DNA of 52,020 bases from a virus (lineage: Duplodnaviria; Caudoviricetes): positions 1 to 52,020 of IMG/VR virus record IMGVR_UViG_3300022181_000105; one strand, given 5' to 3'. The notes below the pieces were generated by a model. The model ran no database searches. It was not told where the DNA came from and saw only the letters and a program-made list of their open reading frames with translations. Numbering within the stretch: the stretch's first letter is position 1; each line of letters begins with the position of its first letter. This document shows, piece after piece, positions 28,532 through 38,900 of the stretch. The position numbers were made by a program, and so were the translations under genes.

Positions 28532-30042
28532 CCGCCGTTCGCAGAGCGATGCGCCGCTTGCTCAAAAATGCGCGCGAATTGGAGAGCGTCATCGTTCCGC
28601 GAGTGGCGGCCTGGATGAAAAAGCAGGACAGGTTCTCGATCGGCGGCGACTTCCCGAATATCGCTCCCCTCATCGCAGAGCTGATGAAGTCCTCCATGCA
28701 CTACGGAGCGCAGGACATGGAGCGGCAGGTGGAGGAGCTTCGAGGCGTGCGAGTCAGGAGATTCGCAGACTGGACCGCAGTGCTGCCGGAGGAGGCCCTG
28801 TCGTGGATCGACGCGTACATGCCGCAACTCGTCGGCGTACTCGAAGACGCGCTGCTGGAGAAGTGCAGAAGCCTGATAGCGGACGGGATGAGGCGTGGGT
28901 TGACCAACAGGGAAGCGGTGAAGGAGTTGGGGAAGACCTTCGACCGGTTCTCTCAATTCCGCCTCGAAACCATCGTCCGCACGGAGTCGATGCGGGCGTA
29001 CAACCTCGGCTCCCTTATCGGAATGAAGCGGGCTCGCGGGGTCGCCGGTGTGGAGTTCCTCGCCATCATGGACGAGCGCGTCACGCCGCAGTGCGAGGCG
29101 AGAAACGGAATGAGGCTGCGGCTCGACGATCCGCACATCGTCAACAACACGCCCCCGCTGCATCCGCGTTGTCGCTCCATGCTGATTCCGATCCTCGACG
29201 ACGAGGTGGAAGAGGGGTGGAGAGGAGACGGCGAGCTTGCCGCGAGGCTTGAGATAGACGAGCCTGGTATTCAGAGGCCGGTCGACATCGAGGCGGTGCG
29301 GAAGGTATGGGGTGGGGCAAAAGAGCCGTCGGCTGTTGACATCATTTCCAAAGACCCATATTTCAAGAGCAATATGGGATGGGGAACGAATGAAGCGCTG
29401 GAGAGCGAAATGATGGGGGGGCGCGAGTTCAAATACCGCAGCAGAGAGGCGGAAGAAGCTCAGAGAAAAGAGATAATGAGGAGATTTGAGTCGTCAGGAA
29501 CCCCAATTTCAGCGGATGATGCTGAAAGAATTGTAAGATATTTGGATGATTATACCGCTGGAGACTATTCCAAGGTAAGGGATTGGATGCGCATTCAAGA
29601 CGGGTTGCGACCGATTCGCGACATAACCAACAGAAACATTGAGCAATTCGCTGATCACGCGAGATGGCTTGAACGATTTATCGCCAATAGCCCGCGTCCG
29701 GATATCGAGAACGGTGGCTTGCATCGAGGCATGGGAAGGATACCGGATTATCTTGAAAATGCAAAAGTAGGAGACGTGGTTCACTCGTCTTCAATGGTCA
29801 GCGCAACTAGTGATTTTAAAATAGCAGAGAAGTTTGGGGATCGGTGCATTGTAACCTATGAAAATCCAAGGGATTTACGGGGGACTGGTGTAAAACCATT
29901 CTCGTCGAATCGCATGGAAGAGGAGTATCTTGTGTCCTCTGCTAATCTGTATGAGATTTTAAGTGTAAACACTTCTCCGGAGGGTGTGGCGCTGTACAGG
30001 CTTCGATGTGTTGGATACAGAACCCCGACGGGGTTGAATTGA
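28471..30042 (+). CDS. MuF (SPP1 gp7-like) head protein with C-terminal ADP-ribosyltransferase domain
   Basis: RLETIVRTE...DERVTPQC...PPLHPRCRS MuF motifs; C-terminal YTAGDY, LHRG, SATS, EEEYL (R-S-E ART motifs). Confidence 0.85.
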   Translation: MESKIISAGRDNSRRAKIRIAAVRRAMRRLLKNARELESVIVPRVAAWMKKQDRFSIGGDFPNIAPLIAELMKSSMHYGAQDMERQVEELRGVRVRRFADWTAVLPEEALSWIDAYMPQLVGVLEDALLEKCRSLIADGMRRGLTNREAVKELGKTFDRFSQFRLETIVRTESMRAYNLGSLIGMKRARGVAGVEFLAIMDERVTPQCEARNGMRLRLDDPHIVNNTPPLHPRCRSMLIPILDDEVEEGWRGDGELAARLEIDEPGIQRPVDIEAVRKVWGGAKEPSAVDIISKDPYFKSNMGWGTNEALESEMMGGREFKYRSREAEEAQRKEIMRRFESSGTPISADDAERIVRYLDDYTAGDYSKVRDWMRIQDGLRPIRDITNRNIEQFADHARWLERFIANSPRPDIENGGLHRGMGRIPDYLENAKVGDVVHSSSMVSATSDFKIAEKFGDRCIVTYENPRDLRGTGVKPFSSNRMEEEYLVSSANLYEILSVNTSPEGVALYRLRCVGYRTPTGLN

Positions 30043-30066
30043 CAATTCTCCGAGCACGGGAGGTGG

Positions 30067-30294
30067 ATGGCTATGGTTAGCGCGACTGAATTTAGAATAT
30101 CAGATCCCGATTCTGGTGGAGCTATATATCGAGGTGGTCGATTGTACAGGGTTGAGAGCGGGGTTTTGGTTGATGTGGGGGCTGTACCAGTAGATATTTT
30201 AAGCCAGATCCAAAGCGCCCCGCCAGTGAATCGCGATGCAATTAGAGATGCAGATTCGAAGTTGATGGCGCGTTTAAGCGAATCGAAGGAGTGA
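30067..30294 (+). CDS. Small protein, candidate immunity protein for the MuF-ART toxin
   Basis: RBS GGGAGGTGG; directly after the toxin domain with the same AT-richer composition; followed by terminators. Confidence 0.55.
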   Translation: MAMVSATEFRISDPDSGGAIYRGGRLYRVESGVLVDVGAVPVDILSQIQSAPPVNRDAIRDADSKLMARLSESKE

Positions 30295-30347
30295 TACGCA
30301 TACACCCCGCGCCGGGCAAATCGCTACCTTGACGCCGGGTTGTTCCG

Positions 30348-30469
30348 AGACCGCTCCCCAGGGCGGTCTTTTTTTATGCCTATTCCACGAGCCGCAAGAC
30401 ACTTTGTGACTCGTGGATGGGCTTTTAATCACCACAAATCAAGCCGTCTCTTCGGGGGCGGCTTTTTTT
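30348..30469 (+). terminator. Two Rho-independent terminators flanking a long hairpin
   Basis: AGACCGCT..GGGCGGTCT+T (30348-30375); hairpin 30378-30422; AAGCCGTCTC-TTCG-GGGGCGGC+T (30441-30469). Confidence 0.7.
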
Positions 30470-30491
30470 GTATCCGCAGGGAGGTGAACGA

Positions 30492-31397
30492 ATGCGAGAG
30501 ATTCTGACGGAAGCGGTCCAGCTCGGAGAGGACTTCTGGTACAACGTGCTGCCCGTGGGGCAGTTCCACGACCCGCGGTACGGGCGAATTTCCGTCACGC
30601 CCACGCTGGTCGGGGGACTGGCTTCCAGCTTCGGCAAGGCGACGTCGTACCCACCGCCGGTCAAGATCGGGCATGGGGACGGGGCGGCGAGCCCCGGAGT
30701 GGTGAAGGAGGTGAAGGCGGAATCCGACGGGCTGCATGTGCGCTTCGAGGTGGACGAAAAGGCGGCGAAGGACGTGCGTGAAAAACGATTCCGCTTTTTG
30801 TCCGCCGAGTACGACCCGGACTACATGGACAAGGCCACGGGACGGCGAATAGGTCCGGCGTTGCTCGGGGTGGCGTTGGTGAATCAGCCGGGGCATCCCG
30901 GCGTCAAGCCCATCGCGTTCAGCGACGGGGAATGGAAGCAGGAAGGGGATGGCAGTGTGGACGAAAGAGTGAAAGAGCTTGAAATCAAGCTTGCGGATGC
31001 GTTGAAGGAGCGGGATGAGCTGAAAGCGAAGCTCGCGGAGGAAACGAAGAAGGCGACGGACAGCGTCGCCCTTGCGGAAGCGCTTGCGAATGACCTTTCC
31101 GATGTCCGCAGGGAGAAGCGCGAAGCGGAGGTCAAGGTGTTCTGCGACAAGGCGGTCGAACAGGGGGTTCCTCCCGCGATCGTCGAGAAGGTGAAGCCCG
31201 TGCTGCTGTCGGAGGCTTCCGGAGGGGAGATTTGCCTGTCGGACGGGAAGAAGGTCCAGATGAGCGTTTTCCTTTCGGACTTGCTTGAGTCGATGCCGAA
31301 GATTCCTCTCGGCTCGCTCGGGCAGCGGGAGTCTGGCGGAGTGCCTGCGGTGGTCACGAAAGTGATCAACGACGTGAACGGCACGAAGAAGGGATAG
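30492..31397 (+). CDS. Mu gpI-like prohead protease with C-terminal scaffold
   Basis: VLPVGQF...KIGH...FRFLSAEY...GVALVNQP; coiled-coil C-terminal half. Confidence 0.85.
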   Translation: MREILTEAVQLGEDFWYNVLPVGQFHDPRYGRISVTPTLVGGLASSFGKATSYPPPVKIGHGDGAASPGVVKEVKAESDGLHVRFEVDEKAAKDVREKRFRFLSAEYDPDYMDKATGRRIGPALLGVALVNQPGHPGVKPIAFSDGEWKQEGDGSVDERVKELEIKLADALKERDELKAKLAEETKKATDSVALAEALANDLSDVRREKREAEVKVFCDKAVEQGVPPAIVEKVKPVLLSEASGGEICLSDGKKVQMSVFLSDLLESMPKIPLGSLGQRESGGVPAVVTKVINDVNGTKKG

Positions 31398-31409
31398 GAG
31401 GTCGGTTCG

Positions 31410-32135
31410 ATGGTGCAGAGATTCGGAGTTCCGTACTTCGGAAAAGTGGGGGAAACGGAGCGTCACCGCGATCTTTCGGTCGGCGTTTACGACCATGAGA
31501 TTCGGCGTGTGGTGGACCTGGTTAATTCCAGCACCTCCGCCGTAGTCGAGTACAAGCGGGGTCAGATTCTGCTTCGCAACGCGTCCGGAGTTGTTTCGGC
31601 GCTCGCTGCGGAGGACCTGACGCCTGTCGCGCATACGCTGCTCGCTCCCGGAGATGCGGTCGAAGTGACGGACGAAGCCGTCGGAACGGGGAACGGGACG
31701 CTCACGACCTTCACGCTGGATCACGCTCCGGTCGTGGCGGACACGCTCGTTCTCAAGGTGAACTCCGTGGGAGTGACCACGGGATTCGCCCTGGACGCGC
31801 ACAGAGGGGTTCTCGAGTTCGACGCGCCCGTCACCAACGAACACGCCGTCGTTGCGAGCTACAGCTATGCGGAACCGGCGGAGGAAGAGTCGATAACCCT
31901 CTCTTCGCTCGCGGATTGCTTGCCGCTGGTGGCCGAGGTCGACGCGACCGTCCCGAAGAAAGTCGGCGAGACGAACGGGACCGCGACGGTCAACGTCCTC
32001 GTAAAGGCAGAAGTCGCGAAAGACATGCTCTATGTCGGCGCTACGGCCTGGGCCGACCTTGACGCAGCGGTCGCCGCGAAGCTCGAAAACTGGATGACGC
32101 TCGCCGGGCTTGTCCCGGCCGACGTCGTGAGATAG
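31410..32135 (+). CDS. Head decoration protein with inserted beta-rich module
   Basis: Between protease and capsid; YKRGQIL motif; insert AVGTGNGTLTTFTL...VVASYSY. Confidence 0.65.
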   Translation: MVQRFGVPYFGKVGETERHRDLSVGVYDHEIRRVVDLVNSSTSAVVEYKRGQILLRNASGVVSALAAEDLTPVAHTLLAPGDAVEVTDEAVGTGNGTLTTFTLDHAPVVADTLVLKVNSVGVTTGFALDAHRGVLEFDAPVTNEHAVVASYSYAEPAEEESITLSSLADCLPLVAEVDATVPKKVGETNGTATVNVLVKAEVAKDMLYVGATAWADLDAAVAAKLENWMTLAGLVPADVVR

Positions 32136-32146
32136 GGGGCACTGGA

Positions 32147-33223
32147 ATGACCACGAATAGCGCGTACAACACCGAATGGCAGACCCTCACGCATGTGGTG
32201 CAGGAGCTTGTAATCGAGCCGTCGTATTTCGGCAAAAGGCTCGGCGTAAAGGGGGCCATCACGAGCCCGACAACCTCCTGCCAGTTCGACGTGGTGCACG
32301 GGCGCCGGGATCTTGCTCCGATGGGGTTCCCCGGAGATCCCGCGACCCGCGTCGATTACAGCGAGAAATTCGAGACGAAGACGGCGACGCCGCCTCAGAT
32401 TTTCCTCGAAGACCCGATCAGAGCGAACGTGCTGGCTTCGATGCGCATCCCCGGGAGAAGCCCGCTCCTTACCGGCAGCGGGAATCAGGGCATGCTCTCC
32501 GAGGCCTTTCTGCGTCATGTGGCCATCAAGCAGCGGAACCTGCTGAAGGCGATCGAGAGGCGCGAGGAATGGCTGTGGGCGCAGGTGGCGACCACTGGGA
32601 AGATCGACTACGTCGGGAACGACGGGCGGCGGTTCCAGATCGACTTCGGAGTGCCCGAGACGAACATTTTCACCAGCACCGAAAAGTGGGACGGCGCTGA
32701 GCCTGTGGACCCGCTGTTCCATCTGCGCGAGCTGCGCGATCTTTACCTCGAACAAAACGGCATGTTGCCGACCGTGCAGGTGCTCGGCAAAAAGGCCGCC
32801 GCCGCGTTCCGCAAGAACAAGTACGTTCAGGGGTGGATGAAAAGCGCCGGCGTCCAGCTCCTTCAGCTCAACATGGGGCAGAGTGAGACTCTGGTGACGC
32901 CCGTTGCGACCATCCCGGACATGGGGCTGCTGGTCGAGCACGCGGGGAAGTACCCGGCGGACAATACGGGAGTCGCGACGCCCTACGTTCCGGAGGGGGC
33001 CATCGTGCTGACCACGCCGGAAGTGTTCCAGCTTCATTACGGGGCAATCCATGACTTCGACATCGACCCGGATTATCCGCTCCTTCAGGCGTCGCGGTTC
33101 AGCAAAATGAAGATCAGCCACGACGGCAAGAGCAAGAGCCTGTTCGTCGAGAGCCACCCGCTGCCCGTGCTGGAAATCGACACCGGGATCATGGTGGTCA
33201 CGGTGACCGGCGGAGACGATTAG
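32147..33223 (+). CDS. Major capsid protein (lambda gpE-like family)
   Basis: IERREEWLWAQVATTGKI...IDFGVP...ESHPLPV. Confidence 0.9.
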   Translation: MTTNSAYNTEWQTLTHVVQELVIEPSYFGKRLGVKGAITSPTTSCQFDVVHGRRDLAPMGFPGDPATRVDYSEKFETKTATPPQIFLEDPIRANVLASMRIPGRSPLLTGSGNQGMLSEAFLRHVAIKQRNLLKAIERREEWLWAQVATTGKIDYVGNDGRRFQIDFGVPETNIFTSTEKWDGAEPVDPLFHLRELRDLYLEQNGMLPTVQVLGKKAAAAFRKNKYVQGWMKSAGVQLLQLNMGQSETLVTPVATIPDMGLLVEHAGKYPADNTGVATPYVPEGAIVLTTPEVFQLHYGAIHDFDIDPDYPLLQASRFSKMKISHDGKSKSLFVESHPLPVLEIDTGIMVVTVTGGDD

Positions 33224-33226
33224 CCC

Positions 33227-33634
33227 ATGTACTGCTCTCCCGAGGATGTCCGAGGAGAATTGTACATCCCTCTCCTCACACAGATGAGCGCCAAGTTTTC
33301 CGTACCGGGGGAGTTCGATATCTTTCTTGAGCGTCACATAGGGGCGGCTTCGGATTTCGTCGACGCCGCCCTTTCCGCTGCGTTCACCGTGCCGCTCGCG
33401 CTTCCGATTCCCTCGGCGGTGCGCACTGCGACGGCGAAGGAGGCGGCCTACTACGCGGCGGCCCAGTTTTCGGAGGCGGAGGAGATTCTGCAGGACCGTC
33501 ACGAGACCGCCGTCGCCATGTTGTCCGCCATTGTCGCAGCGGGGCGCTTGCCCGGACAACCTTCGAAGAGCACCGAAATAACGGGGGGCTCCGACAAGCG
33601 CGTGTTCACCGACGACGTGCTGAGCCGGTGGTGA
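33227..33634 (+). CDS. Head-tail adaptor (Mu gp36/DUF1320-like)
   Basis: MYCSPEDV...ASDFVDAAL...VPL...; follows capsid. Confidence 0.75.
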   Translation: MYCSPEDVRGELYIPLLTQMSAKFSVPGEFDIFLERHIGAASDFVDAALSAAFTVPLALPIPSAVRTATAKEAAYYAAAQFSEAEEILQDRHETAVAMLSAIVAAGRLPGQPSKSTEITGGSDKRVFTDDVLSRW

Positions 33635-33638
33635 TCCC

Positions 33639-34145
33639 ATGAAGATATCTCTTGAGATGATCGGCGTGCAGACCACGCGGCAGCAGGTGGACAAACTGAA
33701 GGATAGGCCGACTGCCAGCAGGCTGTGGAGTACCGTCGCGCAGATCATGAAGGCCGAGACGCTGCGATGTTTCGCCGAAGAGCGCGCTCCTTCTGGCGCG
33801 AAGTGGAAGCCGCTTTCAGACGCCGCCCTAAGGTCAAGGGCGTACAGCCACACGAAAGGCGCGCGGAAACGGCTGAAGCGCATCCGAGGGAATCAGTCCG
33901 CAGCGTTCAAAAAGGCGATGGGCGGCGCGCGCATCCTTCAGGATACCGGACGTCTGCGGGCGTCCATTTCGGCGAATCACGGCGCAGGATGGGCCGAGGT
34001 CGGAACGACGATCAAGTACGCCCCGACGCATCAGTACGGCGACAAGCGGCGCAATATCCCGGCCCGCCCCTTCATAGGCCTTTCCCAGTCCATGCGCGAC
34101 CGAATACAGGCGACGACGCGCAAGTGGCTTGAGGAGGGGGTGTAG
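33639..34145 (+). CDS. Virion morphogenesis/tail completion protein (Mu gpG-like)
   Basis: PSGAKWKPLS...ILQDTGRLRASI...YAPTHQYG...IPARPFIG. Confidence 0.88.
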   Translation: MKISLEMIGVQTTRQQVDKLKDRPTASRLWSTVAQIMKAETLRCFAEERAPSGAKWKPLSDAALRSRAYSHTKGARKRLKRIRGNQSAAFKKAMGGARILQDTGRLRASISANHGAGWAEVGTTIKYAPTHQYGDKRRNIPARPFIGLSQSMRDRIQATTRKWLEEGV

Positions 34146-34147
34146 AG

Positions 34148-34549
34148 ATGATCGAGACGGCGCTGACGCTCCTCAAGGACGGGCTTGCCGCTCTGACCGA
34201 TCTCGCCGCGTTCGTGGAGGAGAAGAGCGGCCTTCCGCTCACCATCACGACCGACGCGCAGTCTGCGACGCCTCCGTGCGCGCTCGTGCTCCCGTCGAGG
34301 GGCAATTACGGCGTCAACGGCGGTGCGGGCTCCTGCGGGTTTTCCGTGACGCTCATACTCCCGTTCTTCGGGGGGAGTATGAGCGACGTGTTGCACGCCG
34401 TGGACCTCCTCGGTGGAGGGCTGTACCGGGCGACGGCGAGAGCGCCTGACGGAACGCGGCTGACGCGGGTGGAGGTCGGGGAAATAGAGGAAACGGGAGA
34501 TCGTCCGGGAGTCTGGGCGGTCTCCTTTTTTTGCGAGTTCGCATACTAA
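34148..34549 (+). CDS. Putative tail terminator/neck protein
   Basis: Size and position before the tail tube gene. Confidence 0.55.
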   Translation: MIETALTLLKDGLAALTDLAAFVEEKSGLPLTITTDAQSATPPCALVLPSRGNYGVNGGAGSCGFSVTLILPFFGGSMSDVLHAVDLLGGGLYRATARAPDGTRLTRVEVGEIEETGDRPGVWAVSFFCEFAY

Positions 34550-34561
34550 GGGGGTACGAAA

Positions 34562-35341
34562 ATGACATTCGTCAAAAACGCCGACAACATCCTGATCGGA
34601 ACGGGGAGGGTCTTTATCGACGGTTCGTGCGTCGGTCAGATTTCCGGACAGTTCAGGGCCAAGGTCGGCAATACGTGGTACACGGTGGAGGCCGGGTTTC
34701 CGTCCTCGAAGGTGAAGCAGGCTCTTACCGGGGAATCCGGAGAGGTCGCGTTCAACCTGCTGGAAATCGACCTCGATGTGATCCGGTCGATAATGCCGCA
34801 GTTCGCGGAGTACGCGGAGGAAGCGGGGGAAAGCGCGGACTTCGTCTCCGAGGTTGTACCCATTTACCCTTCGAAGCACACGAAGCTTGGGAACAGCCGG
34901 ATTACGACGCTCGACAGCGTGAAAACAGTGGCGGACACGCCTGCGACGCTGGTGGAGGGAGCAGACTACTATTTCGACAGGCTGAACGGAACGCTTTACA
35001 TGATTTCAACATCCGTCGCAGTCGAGAGCGGCGACAGCGTGACGGTCAAGTACAAGCACGCCACGTTCACCGGCGCCGGATTCGGAGTCGGCGGAGGCAC
35101 GACCACGAGCGACACGTTCCTCGTCGAGTTCTGGCACAAGAAAACGAACGGGAAATACCTGTGCAAGAGATTCTGGAAATGTCAGGTCGCGGGAGACTTC
35201 GAAATGCTTTTCGAAGAGGCCGCGCACACCACGCTTCCGGTGCTGCTGACGGTACTCTCGGACAGCACGAAGCCCGCAGGGCATCAGCTGTACAGAACGA
35301 TCGAGTACGACGCGAGCGCCGCTCCCGAAGGCGGGTGGTAA
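34562..35341 (+). CDS. Major tail (tube) protein with inserted beta module
   Basis: NILIGTGRVFI start; precedes chaperone and tape measure; insert LVEGADYYFDRLNG...VTVKY. Confidence 0.75.
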   Translation: MTFVKNADNILIGTGRVFIDGSCVGQISGQFRAKVGNTWYTVEAGFPSSKVKQALTGESGEVAFNLLEIDLDVIRSIMPQFAEYAEEAGESADFVSEVVPIYPSKHTKLGNSRITTLDSVKTVADTPATLVEGADYYFDRLNGTLYMISTSVAVESGDSVTVKYKHATFTGAGFGVGGGTTTSDTFLVEFWHKKTNGKYLCKRFWKCQVAGDFEMLFEEAAHTTLPVLLTVLSDSTKPAGHQLYRTIEYDASAAPEGGW

Positions 35342-35344
35342 GCC

Positions 35345-35898
35345 GTGCGCGATTTTCCCAGACCGAAGAAGGTCGAGGTGAAGATTTTCGAAGAGGTCCA
35401 CGAGATGCGTCGAATTTCATTCGTGGACTTCATGGAGATCATGCCCGAGATCGTCGAAAAGGTGTACCGCACCGAGGGTCCCGTCACTCCGGCGAAGGTG
35501 TTCGACGCCGCATTGCCGTGCATGGATCGCATTCTGCGGACGTCGTTTCCCACGTTCACCGCCTGGAACGACCTGCCGGTCGAGCATTCGCTCTCCCTGC
35601 TCGAAGTCATCTGGGAGGAGAACGACATCTCCGGAATGATCGTAAATTTTACGAGCAAAATTCAGAAGGGACTGGGGGGGAAGGCGTTCCTGAAGATCTG
35701 ACGTGGCCCTACATCCACCTGACTCTGAGGATGCACTTCGGCATCACGCAAGAAGAGTTCTGCGGCATGACGTACTGGCAGGTGCGTGGGTACCTGCTCG
35801 CGTTGCCGTATGCGCTCGGGACGAAAAAAGAAACCTCCGCGAAGGAGGACGACGAGGCTCGTCTTGACGAGTTTTTGAAGCGAATGGGCCGGGGCTGA
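35345..35898 (+). CDS. Tail assembly chaperone (short form 35345-35701; -1 frameshifted long form to 35898)
   Basis: Run of 7 G (35674-35680) read ..G GGG GGG AAG near the gene end; -1 frame continues EGVPEDLTWPYIHL...MTYWQV to 35898; directly before tape measure. Confidence 0.8.
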
Positions 35899-35916
35899 TG
35901 CTCCGGCTCTTTTTTT
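35886..35916 (+). terminator. Terminator-like hairpin before the tape measure gene
   Basis: GGGCCGGGGC-TGAT-GCTCCGGCTC followed by T7. Confidence 0.55.
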
Positions 35917-35937
35917 GTATGCAGAGGTGGTGAAAAT

Positions 35938-38900
35938 GTGAATCTGAACGACGTGCGGATGCGGATAACCGCCGACGTCGCCGGGGCGCTCTCCGCGCTC
36001 GATGCTTTCTCAGGCAAGCTGAACACGTTCGGCAACCAGGCGCAGACGCTCGGCTCTTCGCTCGGGGGGGTGTTCAATCCGCTGATGAGCGCGTTGACCG
36101 CAGGAGTCGCGGCGGTCACGGCGGCGACGGCGGGGCTGACGAAGCAGATGCTCGACGTGGGCGGCGGCTTCGAGCTGCAAATGGCGATCGTGCAGGGGAA
36201 GGCGAACGCGAGCGCGGAGGACTTGGGGCGCATGTCCGCGAAGGCGCGCGAACTTGGCGAAACCTTGCCGATAACGGCGACCGAGGCCGCGCAGGCGATG
36301 ACGAACCTCACCGCCGCCGGCGCCGGGGTGGAAGGCACTCTTGCGGCGGTAGCGGACATCACGAAGCTCTCCGTGGTGCAGAATTACGACCTTGCCCGCA
36401 CGAGCGCGCTGGTCGTCGAAACGCTGCGGAACTTCAAAATGGAATGGTCGGAAGCGGGAAAAGTCGGAGACACGTTCAACCACGTCTTCAACAACACCGC
36501 GTTGAGCATAGACCAGCTCGCAGGAGGCTTCCAGTACATTTCACCCCTCGCGCGCCATCTGAACATGTCTCTGGAGGAGACCGTGACCGTTCTCGGGATG
36601 CTCGCCGACGCCGGTCTTAAGGGGGAGCAGGGCGCGACGACCCTGAGAGCCGTCATGGTCAACATCATCGATGCGGCGAACAAGGCCGACAGCGCCGCCG
36701 CGAAGGTGTTTGAGGAACTGGGGGTAAAGCTCCACGACGCGCAGGGAAATATGCGGAACGGCATGGACGTGCTGCTCGATCTGTCCAATACCTCGATGAA
36801 CGCCGCCCAGTCGTTCGAAATCTTCGGCACCCGCGCGTTCGCAGGCGGCCTCGTGGCGAAAGAGGCGTTCGGACAGCTCGGAGAGAAGTTGAAGGAGTTG
36901 GAACAAGACGCGGGCAACGTGGACCGGAATCTCAAGCTTATTACCGCAACGTTCCTCATGCTGAAAAAGGGCATCGAAAGCGCTGCGGAAGAGACCACGC
37001 ACATCGGATTCGCTCAGATCGAAACCGAGGCGAAAAGCGCTGCCGAGAGCATCAGGGGCCTCATTCTTGAATTCAATTCATGGGCGCGGGAGAGCGAGAT
37101 ATTCGGCAAGACGCTCGGCACGCTCTTCGGAGAGTTCAACAAGGGCATCCCGTCGGTGGAGAGCTTCCGCGCGTCGCTCAAGTCCATCAAGGTGGAAGAT
37201 GTCGTGGCGAGATTCAACGACTTCGTGGCCGGAACGAAACGTCTTGTCGCCGGGCTGATGGACTTCGCCAACGCCGTCCCGTGGGGGCTGATCATCGATA
37301 ACCTGGGGACGATCGCACAGATCATAGTCGTAGGTTGGGCGGCCGGGAAGATTGCCGCCGTAACCGCCGCCATCGTTGGCCTTTCCGGGGCTTTCGACGT
37401 TCTGAAAACAGCCGTGGTGGGCGCCGGGGCGGCAATCGCCGCTCATCCCATCCTTACCGCGCTTGCCGCGACGGCGGCGGGCATCGCCTCCATCGTCGAC
37501 TCGGCGAACAAGATCGACGAGGCGCGGGCAAAGATAGAGGAGTACAACGCCGAAGCGGAGCGCATGGAGGATATCGCCCTAGCCTACACCGAGGCTCTCA
37601 ACGGGAATCTTGAAGCCTTGGAAATCTTGCCGAAGAAGTATCAAGATATGGCGAATGAAACACTGAAAGCCCGCATTGAGACGGAGAAATTCCAGAAGGC
37701 CTTCGATGGCGTGACCGATGCCGCGCTACTGGCAACGAAGGCGATTTTCGAAGCAGGGCTATCCTCAGAGGAGCAGGTGAAACAGCTCTCCGCTCTCTGG
37801 GGCGATGAACTCGCCGACAACTTCCGGCGCAACGGCGCTTCGGCGATGGGAGCCTTCCTCTCGAACTTCGAGAACATGCCCGCGGACGTCCGGAGCGTTA
37901 TGGTCCAGGTGGCGAACTCCGTGCTCGAAGGCGTCGAGAAGGTAAAGGACGCTGTGGAGGATGTGCCCAAAGCCACGGAGACGGTCGCGGGATCGCTCCG
38001 GAGTGCCGCCGCTGAAATACAGGAGTACTTCGTCGCGGCGAGTGAAAGCGTCGGGGAACTTGTGAACGACGGATTCCTCAGTGCGGAGCAGGGGGTCGAC
38101 TCCCTCAAGGAGCAGATTGGCGCGAAAGCGGAAGAAGTCGGGAAAAGCCTTGCGGAGAAATTCAAAAACCCGGCACTCAAAGACGCGGTTGTCAACTCCA
38201 TGCGCGAGATCGGCAAGCAGAGCGGAAACGCCCTTTTCGTCGAGGTCGCGGACGCGATGCAGAAGGTAGAGAAGACCGTCAAGGAGTTTTCCGACAAGGC
38301 GAAGACGCTGCTTGCGGAAGCCTTCGAGGAATTCGACACACTTGGAGTGGGCGTCGGCAACGTGCTTGCCGAGACCGAGAACTTCGTTGGGATGGTGATG
38401 GAATCCGCAGGGAAGAGCCTTGTCCAAATCGTGAACAAGACGACCGGCGAAATCGTCGCCACCGGAAGCGAAGCGGCGCAGATGATGGGATCCTCGATCG
38501 GCGACATTCTCCGGGAGAACCAAACGCTCGCACGCACGACCGGCGGCATGGTCGCAGGGGAATTCAACGCAGCGGCGTTGCAGCTTCAGGAGTCGGCGCG
38601 GAAAGCGCAGGCGGCGGCGGAGTTGGCAGGTGGCGCGATTGAAAAGAAGCTTACCGAGCCTATGGACAGGTTCGCGAATAAAAGCGTGCAGCTTGTGGAC
38701 GACGGCATGGGGAATCTGAAAATGGTCGTCGTCGACGCCGCCGAAGCAGGTGGAAGCGCCATCACGGGAAAGATGATTCCACCGCTCGAAAAGACCGGCG
38801 AGACCGCAAAAACAACAGGCGCCGCGATCGGAGGGCTTGCCGCCGAAGCCGTCAAAGTCGCGGACGGATTCAAGGCCGCAATCGACGGTATCGACAATGC

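Noticed and set aside
27308-34145. Transposable Mu-like phage
   Set aside because: Head genes are Mu-like, but there is no DDE transposase or MuB, and a tyrosine integrase with a tRNA att site is present
34531-35898. 455-aa ORF as an independent gene
   Set aside because: Mostly an Arg-rich off-frame reading of the tail tube and chaperone genes; only the last ~70 codons look real, as the frameshift extension
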